From Phoronis australis (Eukaryota > Animalia > Phoronida), in the NCBI GenBank assembly GCA_002633005.1, contig NMRA01000061.1, positions 725,076 to 789,075 of the forward strand: a stretch of 64,000 bases of DNA, given 5' to 3'. The position numbers were made by a program, and so were the translations under genes. This document shows positions 1-13,678 of this stretch, one piece after another. A model generated the notes under the pieces. That model ran no database searches. It had not been told where the DNA came from and saw nothing but the letters and a program-made list of their open reading frames with translations. Numbering within the stretch: position 1 is the stretch's first letter; each line of letters begins with the position of its first letter.

Positions 1-3000
1 ACAATGCAACAAGTTTTGGATGAAAAACGTGAAAGTTTTCTTTACATTTGATCTTTAATTTGACTCGTGACGTTAACAAGATGTATTAGATCGGTTGCTT
101 CCCGGTCAATACAACGCTGTAGTCATTTTGTAAACGCAGCTATTTTAGCAGTCTTCGCCCGCAGTTGATTTCAAGTTGTTTGTGTAACGCCAAACTGCAT
201 CTTTTTGCGTTTTTTTAAGTTAGTCACCGGTCTCCTGTCACGCGCCCATGATGATGGATTAGTGAGTGAGTTCTTACACCGCGAAAAGCTCTCACTCCAG
301 GGATTTTATTTTCATAGTATTGACCCTTGCAGTACAGACGCGAAATTCACGGTCCAGTATGCCCTAAACCCACGGACTTCGATGGCTCTAACTTCGAAAT
401 CATATTATGGTTACGATTTCCACGAACTAAGACGGTGACATCACCACTGTTGAGGCTACAGCAAAGTAGCCTTGCGCATTCCGTTTTCAGTGTATCGGTG
501 ACGTTAAAATCTGGGCTAGCAGTTACATGTATACACGTAGTCCCCTATCAGTTGGTCGTTCACGTTGTTCCAAAAATAAATATTTTCTGTCAACAACATA
601 TTGACAAATTATGCAAAATAAAACAATTGTGAACGGCAAGATGTGAATACGTGGTGAAGAGGTATTTGTCTCTACGCGGCATATGTGCGTGAAACTTTGG
701 TAAAGCGATTGCGATGGCAAAAAATGATAGAAAATACACAAAGGTGCACTTTTGAGAAGCAAAGCGTCTGGTGATCTTGATAGCGTACATGTATGATCTG
801 GCCACCTCAGGTAGTAAGTGACGCTGAATGAGAAGTGGTAACTACATGTTTGGCGCGAAAATAAAAAAATCATGCTTGTATTGCCAGCCACCCCCCTCCC
901 CGAATTTTGCACATTCTAATGAGTCACCACTCGAGATTTGGTTCCGTTTCAGTCCTAAAATCGCATAATAATTCTGTGCTCAGCTGTAAGAAAAAATACA
1001 ATTTTTTGAAACGGTGCTCAGTCTTAATAAAGTTTCCAGCATGAGAGCGCTTTGATCAGAAATGCCAAGCACACGCAGAGTTGTAAGACAGAGACGTTGG
1101 CGTTTCCGTATGTCCACAAAAGTGCTTTGAGCAGTGTGTACAAATTTGTTCATTTCGCTTTTCTGCACTGACGACTATGATCAACACGGTGTTTTAACTA
1201 CACTTTTGAGTGCATTTTCAAAAATAAATGTTTGGTTGGTGAATTCAGCGAGTCGGTGCCCACGGGCAGGAAAACGTATCTGCGTAAATAAAGAGTTGCG
1301 TTTTCAAAACATTCAGAGCATGAGCTCAAGGACTACCTGAGACAGAAAATAAAACCGATTACCAAACAGAAACTTGTCCAATGAATATATAGCTCTTGGA
1401 AAACTGTTACCCCGAAGAAATGTGCAAAATACGAACGTCGTTTACGAAAGATTGTACCAGAAGTGATTCGTTGCAGTGGAGCCGCACGGGATAGTAAAAA
1501 CACTGTGCTGTGCACTAGTTACCTGAATGGAAAGCTGAAGCGGAAAAATCCAGAACACACATTTTCTATTCAGGAATTGAAATCTCTGTAGAATCAAAAA
1601 CAATTGGCAACCAGGATTTATTGCGTTAGAAAACTTATCACGCCCGGAGAGAATTGTTTTCATGCCCGGAGACTACGTGATCACCCATTATGCAATGATG
1701 ACAATCCAGTGTGTACCTATACATTGGCATCTATTGTAAAACGTGGATTAGACGAAAGAAATTCAACCGCATTTCGAAGATAATATATCTGTTGTCGGCG
1801 AGAGGTTGAATATATAGCCCTTGTTTAGTATAGTACGGACAGTATCACTTTGAAAGATCAATGCTTGGGGATGGTGACGTGGTGTTCTGGCGTGAAAGTT
1901 ACTGACATGGTAAGTTTTTGAACCTGACTTATTAAATTTTCAGTTCGGTCGTATTTTATTTTGATCCTGAAGTGAAGAATTTTTGGTCCTCACTTGATAA
2001 ATTATAGGTGCTGATGTGATAAATTTTCAGTCTTGACGTGGTGAATTTGGTCTTTATTTGCTCTTTGGTCTTCTGTGTGAAAACAATCTCAATGTATTGG
2101 ATTGTTTTAATTCCTGCTTAAGTAAAATGTCTGGTTTTGAGATATTTATTTTTGGTCCTGGAGAGTTTGCATGTTTTGCTTGGTTTTAATCATGCATAGA
2201 AAAGATATGTCGTTAAATGTTTCAAATTAGGCCTCCCATAAATGGGGGAGAGCAGGTTGTGTAGCATCGTACTATGTAACTTCTAATATAAATCTAGGTG
2301 TTCGTGATTTAGTAATACTATGAAAAATGAGTAGTTATGACTATGAAAAATGAGTAGTTGAGGCTTCTTTTGAAATACTGTATCCTTTGTATATGCCTGG
2401 TGTACATGGCTCAGTGTGATATTATCTAAGCTTTATTATCCTCTATGGCTTAACAACTATATATCTTCATTCATGCCTGTAAAAGAGGTACTCCCAGGAT
2501 CATCAAGCATGTGTATGTTTTTATTCTAATGAGGCGTGCTTCGAATGTACAATTAGTAATTATACTTTTGCAGTGGTTCATAACAAACGGATTCATTAAA
2601 CCCAGTAAATATTTTTGCAACTGCTGACTCTGCATATCAGACGTGCATATTGCATCATACCTCATCAGAGTAAAACTTGTTATCAATCATAGTAGAAAAA
2701 ATTATTTTTATCATTGCCACAAGACGTTAACAAACGCAGTGAGTGTCTGTAACTGTTGTGTCTAGATTGCTGATGAACTAAAGTCGGTCTACATGTATTT
2801 CCATTTTTATATCACTGATTCATGCCAAAGGTTTGAAATTGCGCCCCTTTAAGAGTTTTGACTTGCCCTGTGATCACTAGAATCCGATGCAATAAACTTA
2901 TAGAAGTTGTTTTTTAACCAGTGTAATATAGCTGAAAATTGTGTGCGTTTTCGTTTGCGAGAATGTTCTTTTTGAATCAATGGGTTAATCATTTTACGCT

Positions 3001-4766
3001 CTACATGAAAACACAGACTACTTTTTTTAGGATTACATGTACCAGGTTACCCCGAAAATATTATTTTCAAAGTTTTACCCCTTGGAGTATACGCGAAACG
3101 CCAAGTATTGTGTTCTTACGCGAAAGGGCTCGGAAGGCTGTAGCCTTGGTGCGAAGCTGTTTACTAAATTAAATATACAAATTTGCGCCATTGTGGGTAA
3201 AAACTGACCGAATAAAATCTTCCTAGAGTAAACTAAATTATTTACCAGCGTTGCAAAAAATGGTTTTCTACAATTATTCTGCTGCTAAAGTTATGTTGTG
3301 ATCTTATGCGTCGACTTTCGCCCCAATGAAATATTGCGTCACCTTTTAGCCAGTTTCTTTTTCCCAGATTCTTCAATCAAACGTTTTCCCTCGAGGTTAC
3401 GTAAACGTCACAACAAATGATCAGAATTGGTTTCACTTCATTATATGTTTTTGGAATTTTGATATCAGTGAACCGAATTTTAGAACAAATTTTGCTGAGA
3501 TGTGTTCATCATCTAATGGGAGATGTTGAAAACATTTTGGAAGTGGCGCGTGTCACAATGAACTTTTTTCAAAACGACGATATACGTTTTTTCGTTAAAA
3601 AGGCAGAGAATTACGCAAGAAGATGACGTCGGATGTTTCTCACTTAAACGGCCGTAACGGGCAACTTGAATGCCAATTGACTTCCAGATTTTGCATGCAC
3701 ACCCGCCAGTCTTGAGCTCATGTTGATACAAGCTTTTCGACGAGGTGACAAACGTAACTATCCGGGCTGTGTGAAGTATCGAGGTCTGTTTGGTCTCAAT
3801 AAGCAGTGGCACCTTGCTGTATTTTGAAAATAGTCTTCATGCAACTAGCTGGCTACATAGGAAGGCTCTAGTTTCGAAAAGATGTTTTACTGCGAAAGTG
3901 ACAACAATTTCTGAATGATGATGGATGATGGATGACACTATAAACCGATCAGTCTTCCGTTTTCATGCGCCCATGATTTAATATCGGCGCTATGTTCAAA
4001 CCATTGTTTATGTTGTTTCTAAAATAAAATTGGGTTCTATTGCTGTACCAACATATTAAGAAATTATACAGAAATAAGCAATAATTATCTGTGGTAAATC
4101 GCAATATACAGCGTGATGAAGTGATCATCAAGAGCAATAACGGATGAGCGCAAATGCGTGATGCTTGTTGAGCATTCCGCTGCATGAAAACACTTGAGGT
4201 CGTGTATTGAGTGTTGTATTCTGATTGTTATGCAATTTTACTGTAAATTTCAAATTTCGTGCTTGTTTTTGTGCAAAATGTACTGTATAAAAAGTCTCAT
4301 ATCTAAATTTAGAAATTATGCTTCCGCGATATCACTTAACGTTTGATTTTACCACGCCGTCATTAATTCAACATAAAGTTTTAGGCTGGTGTAATGTCAC
4401 GCACTTCGTATTTGTAGGTTGATTCGATTTTATTTCCTTTCAATAGTTGAACAAAAGTTTATAAACCGATGTCAAGACCTGAGTTGCCAGTGGTGAACGA
4501 ACAGCGAACAGTAAAATGTTTGTTTGGCCAAAGTTCACCCGTTAAGTCATAAAATGGTAATTGCCGACCAAGGACACGCTTAATCCGAATTGGTCGTCTA
4601 CGCTAGGCGACCACTTAGCCGACCCAAGTGCCGACCACAGAGGCGACTCAGTAGACGGCTCCTAGCCGACCGTTGTTGGTCGGCTGCTGGTCGGCTAGAC
4701 GACCGGTCGACGGCCGGTCGTCGACCAATTTCCGACCGGTCGGCCAAAAATTCGTGATGTGTGCTG
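1..4766 (+). mobile_element. Non-autonomous TA-targeting TIR DNA transposon, copy 1 (left end outside window)
   Basis: Near-identical to 14084-18838 (offset 14083, then 14071-14072 after small indels). Ends in ...CGGCCAAAAATTCGTGATGTGTGCTG followed by TA (4767-4768). No recognisable transposase ORF. Confidence 0.92.
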
Positions 4767-5060
4767 TAGGAATAAATGGGAGTTACAGGCACTGCGTTCA
4801 CAAAGAGTAAGAAGGCAAAAACCCAGCGGCATGGGATCACCTTGCTTTAGCGCTGCATTGTGTGCATTCCACATAACAAGTACATGTAGGCCAATCTTCA
4901 GATTAGTGCCTTCACAATGAAAATAACAGTAAGATTTCCAAGTAGTGTAATATATATTGTACATGAGAATTTCAAACGTAAAATGACTAGTTGTTCATAC
5001 TATGGGAAAAGCAAAAAGGGACACAGGCACTAGTAATGATAAACTCTTCAGTGTAAATAT
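4767..5060 (+). repeat. Fragment of family Y element (left of the EnSpm-like insertion)
   Basis: Aligns by eye to ~47871-48159, inside the 46636-50924 element, and continues at 26221. Confidence 0.85.
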
Positions 5061-5299
5061 ACCCATACCAAAAAAGGTCTTCCTGCAAACACTTGCCGCA
5101 AGCTTGCCGCAAAGTTGCGGCAATCTTGCTGCAAAAGTTTCTGCAAACCAGCCGCAAACACGTAGAATCAACTCTGACCAAAGAGTGGATGCAAATTTCC
5201 TGCAACCCAGCCGCAAACATTGCCGCAAGCTTGCCGCATGCTTGCTGCAAACATGCAGCAAACTTTTACCATGCAAATGAAGTTTGCCGCAAGCTTGCA

Positions 5300-5525
5300 G
5301 CAAGCATCTCCATGTCCTTATATGGAACACTTCCTGCAACCCAGCCGCACACATTGCTGCAAGCCGGCCGCAAACATCTCTATGTCCTTATATGTAACAG
5401 TTCCTGCAACCCAGCCGCACACATTGCTGCAAGCCGGCCGCAAACATCTCTATGTCCTTATATGTAACAGTTCCTGCAACCCAGCCGCACACATTGCTGC
5501 AAGCTTGCCGCAAACATCTCCATGG
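5300..5525 (+). repeat. 70-bp tandem repeat (~3 copies), subterminal array of the EnSpm-like element
   Basis: TTCCTGCAACCCAGCCGCACACATTGCTGC recurs at 5331, 5401 and 5471. Confidence 0.9.
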
Positions 5526-8311
5526 GGTTATATATAAGTTTCTGCGAACCACCAGAAAAAAATATTGCTGCAAGGCTACAACATACTTGAATTGTGGCAC
5601 GAATAATTTAATGCAGAAATGCCCTTGACAAATACATAATTTTTATTGCATGCCCGCTTGTTAAATCAAGAAAATACACAATCAACTGTACACACTGGAT
5701 TTAACATGATAATTTTCAATCTGGTGTATGACTAGAAATGAAAACAAAATCACATGACAATGAATATCAGAAAGTATAAAAGTGTCTACAGTGGCAATTA
5801 GTAATAATACTTGTATTACAATCAAAATTGTATCAAGAGAGAACAACTTGAATGTATGCAACTTTTAATTACAATATACCGAGATGTTTTATTCTTAACA
5901 CTTGACAAAATCTACAATAATTGCAACGATGATATTATTTGCCTGGCTAAACTAACAACAGCAACACAATGGGGTGTTTATTAGCATTGAAAATGGCGCA
6001 AAATATGTCGAATGCTAGTGGAGAAAACCATGAAATCTGACTTTCCCCCATGGAAAGGCATGCTTAGAACAGCATGTCGAGCATATCTATGCATTTTATC
6101 TTAAATTACCTCATTATTTGTCAACTGAAATAATTCACTCTTAACAATTATGAACATTTTTATTTTCCCATGTTCATCCAAAATACTTGAAAACTGTCGA
6201 ATACTTCATCGATTACTATTTTTGCTTCCCAATATGGTTTCATGATACATCAGTCTACTGAATGGGCTATCATTGAACTTGTATGCCTTTGTTGAAATTT
6301 GCAATATTTCGACTTTAGCGATATCATCCAATAACCTCATTCATTTATCTAAGGCATCAAACATAAATTATACCTTTCCATTCTACAATATTACCATGGT
6401 GTTGAAAAGAACAATTACAGAGGTTATCCAGATATAACCATACTAGTGGACGTTCTAAACACATTCTACTCCAGACTAATCTGCATTACAGGAATCGGAG
6501 GTGTTCCATAGGGTTCATTGGGATGATCGCTAGTGTTTTCATCCATGTTTGTTCGAACCAACCTTGAGATGCTGTGTACGCCATTTGTTCCGGTGTTTTC
6601 AACTTAAACTTGTTGCCTCTGCAGTGTGTCTGGCTTTCATCAAGTACATTATGTCACTCAATATTGATCAACCTAAAATATGAATGCCATTTCACTTTCC
6701 ACAAAAAGGCATTTGTGATAGTATTATTAGAATCTCAATTGCGTTTGAAGTCGAACCTTTGCTCTTCTGCTCATGTATGAACAGGCAGGTGAACTTGTGT
6801 TCAACAGTTTGACTGCACACTGAGAACTGGCGTATAACTGAAGGAGGTGATGGCAGTTAAAACACCTACCAGTAGTTAAATATACAATATGCTGTTCTTT
6901 CTTGTGCCCAATAGTTACCATGCATTAAACCAAAATAAAAAAATGTTGTTCCTATAATGAATCAAACAGCCAGAGAGCGATGTGAAAATTGACACAAACT
7001 TAAGTTTTACAGTCTCAATTAAGTGATTATTTTGAAGGACTGGTTACATGTAACTTGACAACATTTTGGAAACTAGTTGATTCTGGTCTCAACCCCAGTT
7101 AACTCATTTGATTATGTGCTGTACTTTACCCTAACCATTATAACCTCCAATTTGGCTGAATCGGTAAGAAAAGCAACTTCCTTTTCTTTGTAAGACCAAA
7201 ACTACTGATTCATGAATGATGTCTAAGTAATTTTTCTTAACAATAACATCAATATAAATACAAATTTCAATTCAAAACTCACATCCATACAGCTCTTCAG
7301 TTATTCATGTAGAGTCTAGGCTGTACCAAAACCGTTTGATTTTGGTTCAAATGAAAGCTCATAGGTCAATTCCCAGGCACGTAACCTTGACAACCACATG
7401 CTGTCCTTGATAAGTCCCACCAGTTCAACATGTGGCTGGGCTAGCATAATTAAAATAAACAATCAGCAGCCCTAGAGGCATTAAACATTAGTGTATTCCA
7501 AGAGGCATTCCTTGAAAACAGTCCTAGAAGTTCAACATGTAGCTGGGCTAGTATGATTAAAATAAACAATAAACCTAGAAGCATAAAACAATAATATAAG
7601 GACACTAGTGAAATTAAATTTCTTATTTTTTCAAGTACCAAAAGAATCCCGTGTTATATCCAAGTCCGTACCATAGCTGCTGACAGACAATGTTTTGAAA
7701 AATTGTGGGTCTTCACAACAATGCTAAATTTCCTTGAAAAATCAAAATGAGTAATTTTTGGCAACTATTTTTGTCCGAAATAGACAAAATTTTACTGTAG
7801 CTACAGTGGCTGCTACCACCTAATTATGAGATAATTTCAAATGTTGGAAAAGTACGAATTCCTCTAAATGCTAATACTTGCAGATTTGGTAAAATTGGAT
7901 CATATATTTGTGTATGATTTGCATTGATATTCATTATGCTTGTTTACACAACATGCAGGTAACACTGCCTTTGTTGTTTTTTTAAGCAATTGCATTTAAG
8001 AGGCATTATCTGAGAAAACCTGCAGAGGACGGCGGAGGCAAGTTAAAATTCATGGATTTTGTCAATGAGGTTTTATTAAAGAGGAAATTGCAAGGTCCAA
8101 ACCAATCTAAACAATATGGTCTAAATTCTAGTTTATAATTATCATTGCTATATTCTTGACATTAACTGAATTGTACGCCGCTATGCAATGTTATTTACAT
8201 ATTTAGTGCCGTGGTGTTGTAACGCCATCGTTGTAACGGAGAATAGAAACGGCGCCATTTTCGTTCGTTACACATCTGTGACGTGGTGTTGGGGAACACA
8301 AAGGAAGCAGT

Positions 8312-10271
8312 GTGTGTCCAAGTGAGTACAGCAGCGTAGATGAGGAATACTTTGAACGATACAGGGACGGACAGGTGGACTTTTCGGATGATTCCGACCT
8401 TTCGGACGTGGAGGTGGAGGTGACAGATGCCAGAGGAACAACATGTGTTCACAGCTTTTCTGTAGTGGAGCTGTTCTCCCTCGATCCCTTTCATGGCCTT
8501 TTCTCTGGTCGCCGAAGTATCACTCCCAGCGGGTTCGTCCTGTGAACGTCAACAGGCTGAAGATGCGCAGGAGTTGCGATTAGATGTTAGTGATTGGTAA
8601 CAATATTATCAGTATGTATCCTACAACCGCGAATTATAACTTGGTCTTTTTTAACTCAAAAGTAGGTGCTTTACCAGTCAGTCTCTGGCACCTATATCGC
8701 CATTGGTGAATCTTGTTTCAGCCGTGGATAAATACCAGTTTCAGTGATAAAACTGGGATTTTTTTGCATTTTAGCAAGTCACTCAAAAAGTGTTAGGTCT
8801 CTGATTATTTGTAGACAATGTGGCTCAGTGGTTTGAGCTCGTGAGACTCAGGTTCGAATCCTGGGTTTCACTGGCATGCAATTGAGCATTGAACAAAATT
8901 GTCTCTTACTTCTCCGAGACTGAGCGGGGTGTTACTAGTGAGTGAATAAATGTATGCATGGGAACGAATGAAAACCACTTTGGAAAAATCGACTGTGAAT
9001 TGTAAAGAAGAGGATGAAAGAATTGCAATTTTATAATTTAGACTTTCTCACGTTGGTGCTGGGGGAGGGCATATTTCTATAGGTTATAGAACAAGTAATT
9101 TCATTTTCGCACTCAAGTCAACTCAGACCTATATCAATCTACACATGTGTTCCAAAACAGTTTTATTTTGTAAGGCGATGCTTGAAATGGAAACAACCAT
9201 TTCATGTCGATGTACATTGGCCCAATGCTGCCATTATTTATAAATGAAAGATGGTACATGGCTTGGTTACGAGTCGACTTGAGTAGGAACCGCCTGGTAA
9301 AGTTTCTATAGAGTAAAGAGAGCATACCATTGGATTGGTGATTGCCATATAGCATATCAAGAAGTTTTAATGTATACTGTAATATTTAAAATATGGGCGA
9401 CCCTTTGAGTGGCAACACTGCTTTTCAAGTTGGTTTGCCCCATTGTCATTGTCTAGTTTGATTAATGGTATGTGGGTGCCGATAGGATTCAGATTGGGAG
9501 AACAGGTCTCACGACTACATACAAAACAGTCCCCTCCATCAATGAATCAGGGCAACTACCTTTTGTCTTAGGGTCAGCTAAAAATCAAACAGCTAATGTA
9601 AATTACTATATCCCCCGGGCATGATCTACCACTACAATGTACCTTGGGTGTAGCACTATTCATTTGTATGAAAAGTAAATATCTTTACTATATGTGATCA
9701 ATTTGTACAAAAAATAAATAGGTTGTGATGTTCCAACCAATTTTCCTAAAAACTGAAGTCGTATGCAGACCCCTCAATTTGGTAGAGGCACTCTTGGTAA
9801 TTTTTTCAATTCGAAATTTTGATGCTTACTGAAATAATGTATTATTATTGACACATCTTGCAGGTGCACCTGGGGCAACTGTCAGACAACCTCAGCTGTT
9901 GAAGAAAGAGTATGTTGCCAAGAGGTTGACAAGGGTGTTGCAAAACTTGATGAAGAAATGAAGCGTGACAACTAACACAGAAGAAAAAATGTATTACGGA
10001 ACATGGGGGTTTAAACCTGTATACATCAATCGTGGTGTTTTGGAGACTGCATGGTTGCAGTCAGTACAAAAGCCAATACCCTGATGGCTATGACAGACCC
10101 TTGGATAATAGGATTTGACACGTTGCCTGCAGACAGTTCCAAAGATGGGTACACGGTCACTTAGGACGAACAGTCCGTGTTGTCATTCCAGTATGCACAG
10201 TAGCCTGCATCAGAGCTTTCTACCCTCCACCAGAAAATGAGGAAGACTTTGAATTCCAAGGATTTTCTTAA
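8312..10271 (+). pseudogene. Two-exon pseudogene for a P2X7-ballast-like Zn/Cys protein (probable KolX)
   Basis: Exon 1 is acidic (EYSSVDEEYFERYRDGQVDFSDDSDLSD...RLDVSD) and ends TG|gtaa at 8596. Exon 2 starts ttgcag|G at 9864, completing W, and reads CTWGNC...EERVCCQE...KCITEHGG...VLETAWLQ...RI*HVACRQFQRWVHGHLGRTVRVVIPVCTVACIRAFYP...FQGFS*. Contains stops and frameshifts. Confidence 0.85.
8815..8960 (+). mobile_element. tRNA-derived SINE remnant in the intron
   Basis: Pol III A-box TGGCTCAGTGG (8821-8831) and B-box GGTTCGAATCC (8851-8861), with no complete cloverleaf. The 3' boundary is approximate. Confidence 0.55.
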
Positions 10272-11375
10272 AAGTTTCACCCATTTATAGATGTCAACAG
10301 TTGTCTTAGCCCTGGAATGCCAACTCCTCCACATGACCTATGTATTCTGTTATGAAAACTTGTGACTCGTGGACTAGTTTTATGTAATTCAAACGAGATG
10401 CAAAAAGTTGTAGTGACAAATTACATAGAAAGATCAAACATCGTAACAATTAAATGCAATCGCAGTGCAACCTCAGAGGCATGAAATTGAAGTAGGCATT
10501 CCATGAATAGACTTCTGTGGTCTCAGAATGGTAAATAATTAACACAGCGAGCAGCATTTATTGATGCTCATCAATCTGGTTACTTATAATTACATGGTCA
10601 TGACAAGTGTAATTTAACTAGGACTACATTATAAACCTCTAAACTCAACATCAGTTGAACATATGGTTTACCTAGGTAAACAGAGGAATTGGTCTCATTG
10701 GTGTCCAGTTTGTGTGCTTGAAGCGAACACATTGAACAGTATGGCTGTTACATAAAAAAATAAAAGTTTTGAATCTGGGCCATAGTCTGAAGTCGAGACT
10801 GAATCTTCTGCCCTCTTCTTATACAGTAGAACTCTCTAAATTGGTAGCGCTTCAGTGGGAACTTTAGAAAGGTTAGCATTAATTCCGCAGTAACGCCTCC
10901 AAATAACTCTTACTTTGATGAAATATCTCAGTCTCACTGGATACAGCTTAGCGAGTTCTACTGTAATTCAATGAGAAATCAAATAACACGACACATCAAC
11001 CACTGAATCTCAACCCAAAAGCTCCTGTATGCAATAGCTTTAGATGTCTATTACATGGTGTGATCGAAAACACAAAAAGTATGCACATGAGTAGGAATTG
11101 GGAAATGTGGAGGGAGTGCTTATACCACTCACTCAAAAATTCCCAAGACAATGTTCGAATTCTGTGCAAGTGATTATTCTGTGTATAATTTAGATGAGAT
11201 TGTCGCACGAAAAGACTGACGACCCAAACAAGTATCTTTTCACCCCCACTTAAGAAAGTTTTCCTTTACCGGCCCACTGTATGGGACAGCAACAGTTTAG
11301 TGCAAACAAAATATACTTAAAAAGCTATGCCGCAATACTTATAGTCATTGTATTGAAGAACTATTGAAATGTTTC

Positions 11376-11527
11376 CAGGTGCGGATCTAGGATTTTGAGT
11401 TAGGGCTGCCAGGGCACGGTATTAGCCAGGATTTTCCCGTCAGACATTCGCACTCCCAAACAGTCAAATGGAATCTGGGAGAGTTTTAGGGGGGGGGGGG
11501 CATGGCCCCCTCTAAATCTGACACTAG
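11376..11527. mobile_element. Small degenerate MITE-like element
   Basis: Starts CAGGTGCGGATCTAG and ends in a G-run then GCATGGCCCCCTCTAAATCTGACACTAG. No clear TSD. Confidence 0.35.
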
Positions 11528-12343
11528 TTTCAATATAAGAACATAGTATATCACTGGGTTTCTATACAAATGGGACAGCCAAATACCACACACAAAAGCT
11601 TTTCACAATTTCCACTACTGGTACTATAAACACTCTGGCATTGCTATCTGTACCACTATCAAAAATTCGATCTAAAACAGTGGTAGTGACTGTTAAATAT
11701 GTGACGGAAAGAAATTCCAGTGCTGTCCATTGACAAAGCACCAAGTCTGAATTTATCTGTGCCACGGTATCCTCCTTGGACACATCTGGACCACCAGCAG
11801 TCGGCATTGGAGGGGCATCAATTTCTAAGCGAATTTCAAGATCTCCAGCTTCTCTTTTGTTCTGCACTAAGTGGAAGGTGTTCTTTTTTCATTTACATAC
11901 TCTGAAAAGCACAACAGCGGCAATTCAACAGTAAAAGAAAAAACATTTTGAATCCAGAGTTGTCCATGATTAAAGTAAAACACGATGATATCTAATTGCA
12001 AGTTTTCGACTTCTTTTATAACCTTCAAGCAAATGCCAAAACTAGATTTTAATCCTGTTTTTTTTGAAACAGACTACTTTAATAATCAAAACCTTGGAAT
12101 TGAGTTACCATCCTGTTTTACTTTATTCATAGTCTGCTATCTTTTCAAAATACATGCATCTTTTGAGATCAGCTTTATTTGTTGTGGCTTTTAGTTTTAC
12201 TGATCCATTTGTAACTAAATCTTTCACGGAAAAATGAGACTTTAAACACTTGAGAACTACGGTGATTGTGAAAAAATGTTATTGTTCAGGCCCTGCGAAA
12301 GCGTCATGAATTATTAGACATCAAAATTGTCAAGGGACCTTAC

Positions 12344-12589
12344 CTTTTTATAAGACCAGCTTCAACCTTCATGATGTGTCTGTCGTCAAAGCAGCCGTCC
12401 TTAGAATGGTCGGAGCATATTTCGGCTCCGACAGATATCTGACTCGACAGTCATTTTCAAAAGACGAGCAGAGCACACGAAAACCTGCCATTACGCAGCA
12501 GGATGCTTGTCTTTTTAGAATTTGAATGGGCTCATGCCTTCCACCAGGGTGGTGTTAAAGTAGTTAGCACACACACACCGATGCACCAT
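12344..12589 (-). pseudogene. THAP zinc-finger first exon of a decayed Kolobok-type transposase
   Basis: MVHRCVCANYFNTTLVEGMSPFKF*KDKHPAA*WQVFVCSAR, then a frameshift to EICSDHSKDGCFDD, then an ag|gtaagg donor. Follows the THAP pattern C-x2-4-C, F-x-F-P, W, C-x2-H-F with several decayed positions. Confidence 0.78.
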
Positions 12590-13678
12590 GACTAAAACAC
12601 GCCAAGGTTGAACGGTCTTTTTTCTTCGTGAAATGTGATATAATAGCAGTGAACTGCACTGTGGGATATGATCTGGTTTGTGTTCCCCAACCATGTCACG
12701 GTGTCAAAGGTCAACTTTTCGCGCATTTTCTTATTTTCGCATTTTTAAATAACTAAAGATACAATAATACGATGATCTGAATAAAATACATCCAAATAGC
12801 AATACCTTGAAGATATTATTGCAATTTAACATACTTGGACCTTGCAAATTACACTTTAAGGATACCAAGCAATAAAATAAAAAGTTATTTTAAAAATCCA
12901 AAAAATATTTTTGTATGGATTACAGCACATCCAATATTCCCATGTATTTCAATAGGGAAATGGGTAGTAAGTGTGGAATTTCAAAAGGCCTTTATCAAAA
13001 AGTAGTTCCTAACTATTTAAAGTGAGATACTTTTTTCTACCAAAATAAGGTAAAACAAAAATATTCCAACGTCAAATTAGTGGGAGTTTTTTCACAGTTC
13101 CTGTGAAATGCCGCTTAATACGCAGAATTTTGGGCAATTCCATGAAGCTCTCCAGCATTGGAGGTAAAATTGAACAGTTTACCAAAACCTGAACAGTCGA
13201 TAGCGTCCGTTGGTACAGCGATTTCCTTCGAAATTTGGCTCTTATTTATGTACGGATACACGGTATTTATTGAATAATTAGTAGAACAATGTTTATTTGT
13301 TGTTTTTACTTCGCGTAGAATCGGTTGCTGTTAATACAATAGCACCAAGCAGTGTTTAGTGATCATTAGCAGACCCCGCCACACTCGATTTTCTAGTCAA
13401 TCGACGAAACTTTCGTCGAAAGTTGCGATTGTGTTTGAAATTCTTGCTACATGTAGTTTGATCATGCATTAAGCAATTTCTAATATTCACTCCTTCAACT
13501 GGCTATTATTTCAAGAACTGGGTCATGTACGGTGATTTCCTCATAAGTCGACGTAACGTAGGCTTAACAAAAGCTAACCTTGGGCTTGGTACAAAGCCAG
13601 CTGGCTAGGCTGGCTAAACAAAAGCCAGCGGTTCAGTCAAAGTGACGTTTTGATATACATCTTTTGGATGATGGAGTA

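Larger units (their letters stand above)
8080..12855. mobile_element. Kolobok-like DNA transposon 1 (decayed)
   Basis: TTAA at 8076-8079 and 12856-12859. 21-bp imperfect TIR AGAGGAAATTGCAAGGTCCAA vs AGTGTAATTTGCAAGGTCCAA. Contains convergent THAP (minus) and Cys-rich (plus) gene remnants. Confidence 0.82.

Noticed and set aside
205-4840. Many short ORFs recurring in each TA-family copy
   Set aside because: They recur only because the DNA is repeated. Frames break between copies and no domain is recognisable.
4987-5600. Overlapping Cys/Ala-rich ORFs and CRISPR-like periodicity
   Set aside because: The 70-bp units repeat in full with no unique spacers and no cas genes. The ORFs are by-products of subterminal repeats.
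7422-7590. Diverged direct repeat with ~107-bp spacing
   Set aside because: Only two degenerate copies, with no termini or coding signal.
8815-8870. tRNA gene
   Set aside because: A and B boxes are present but too close together, with no acceptor or anticodon stems. Better explained as a SINE head.
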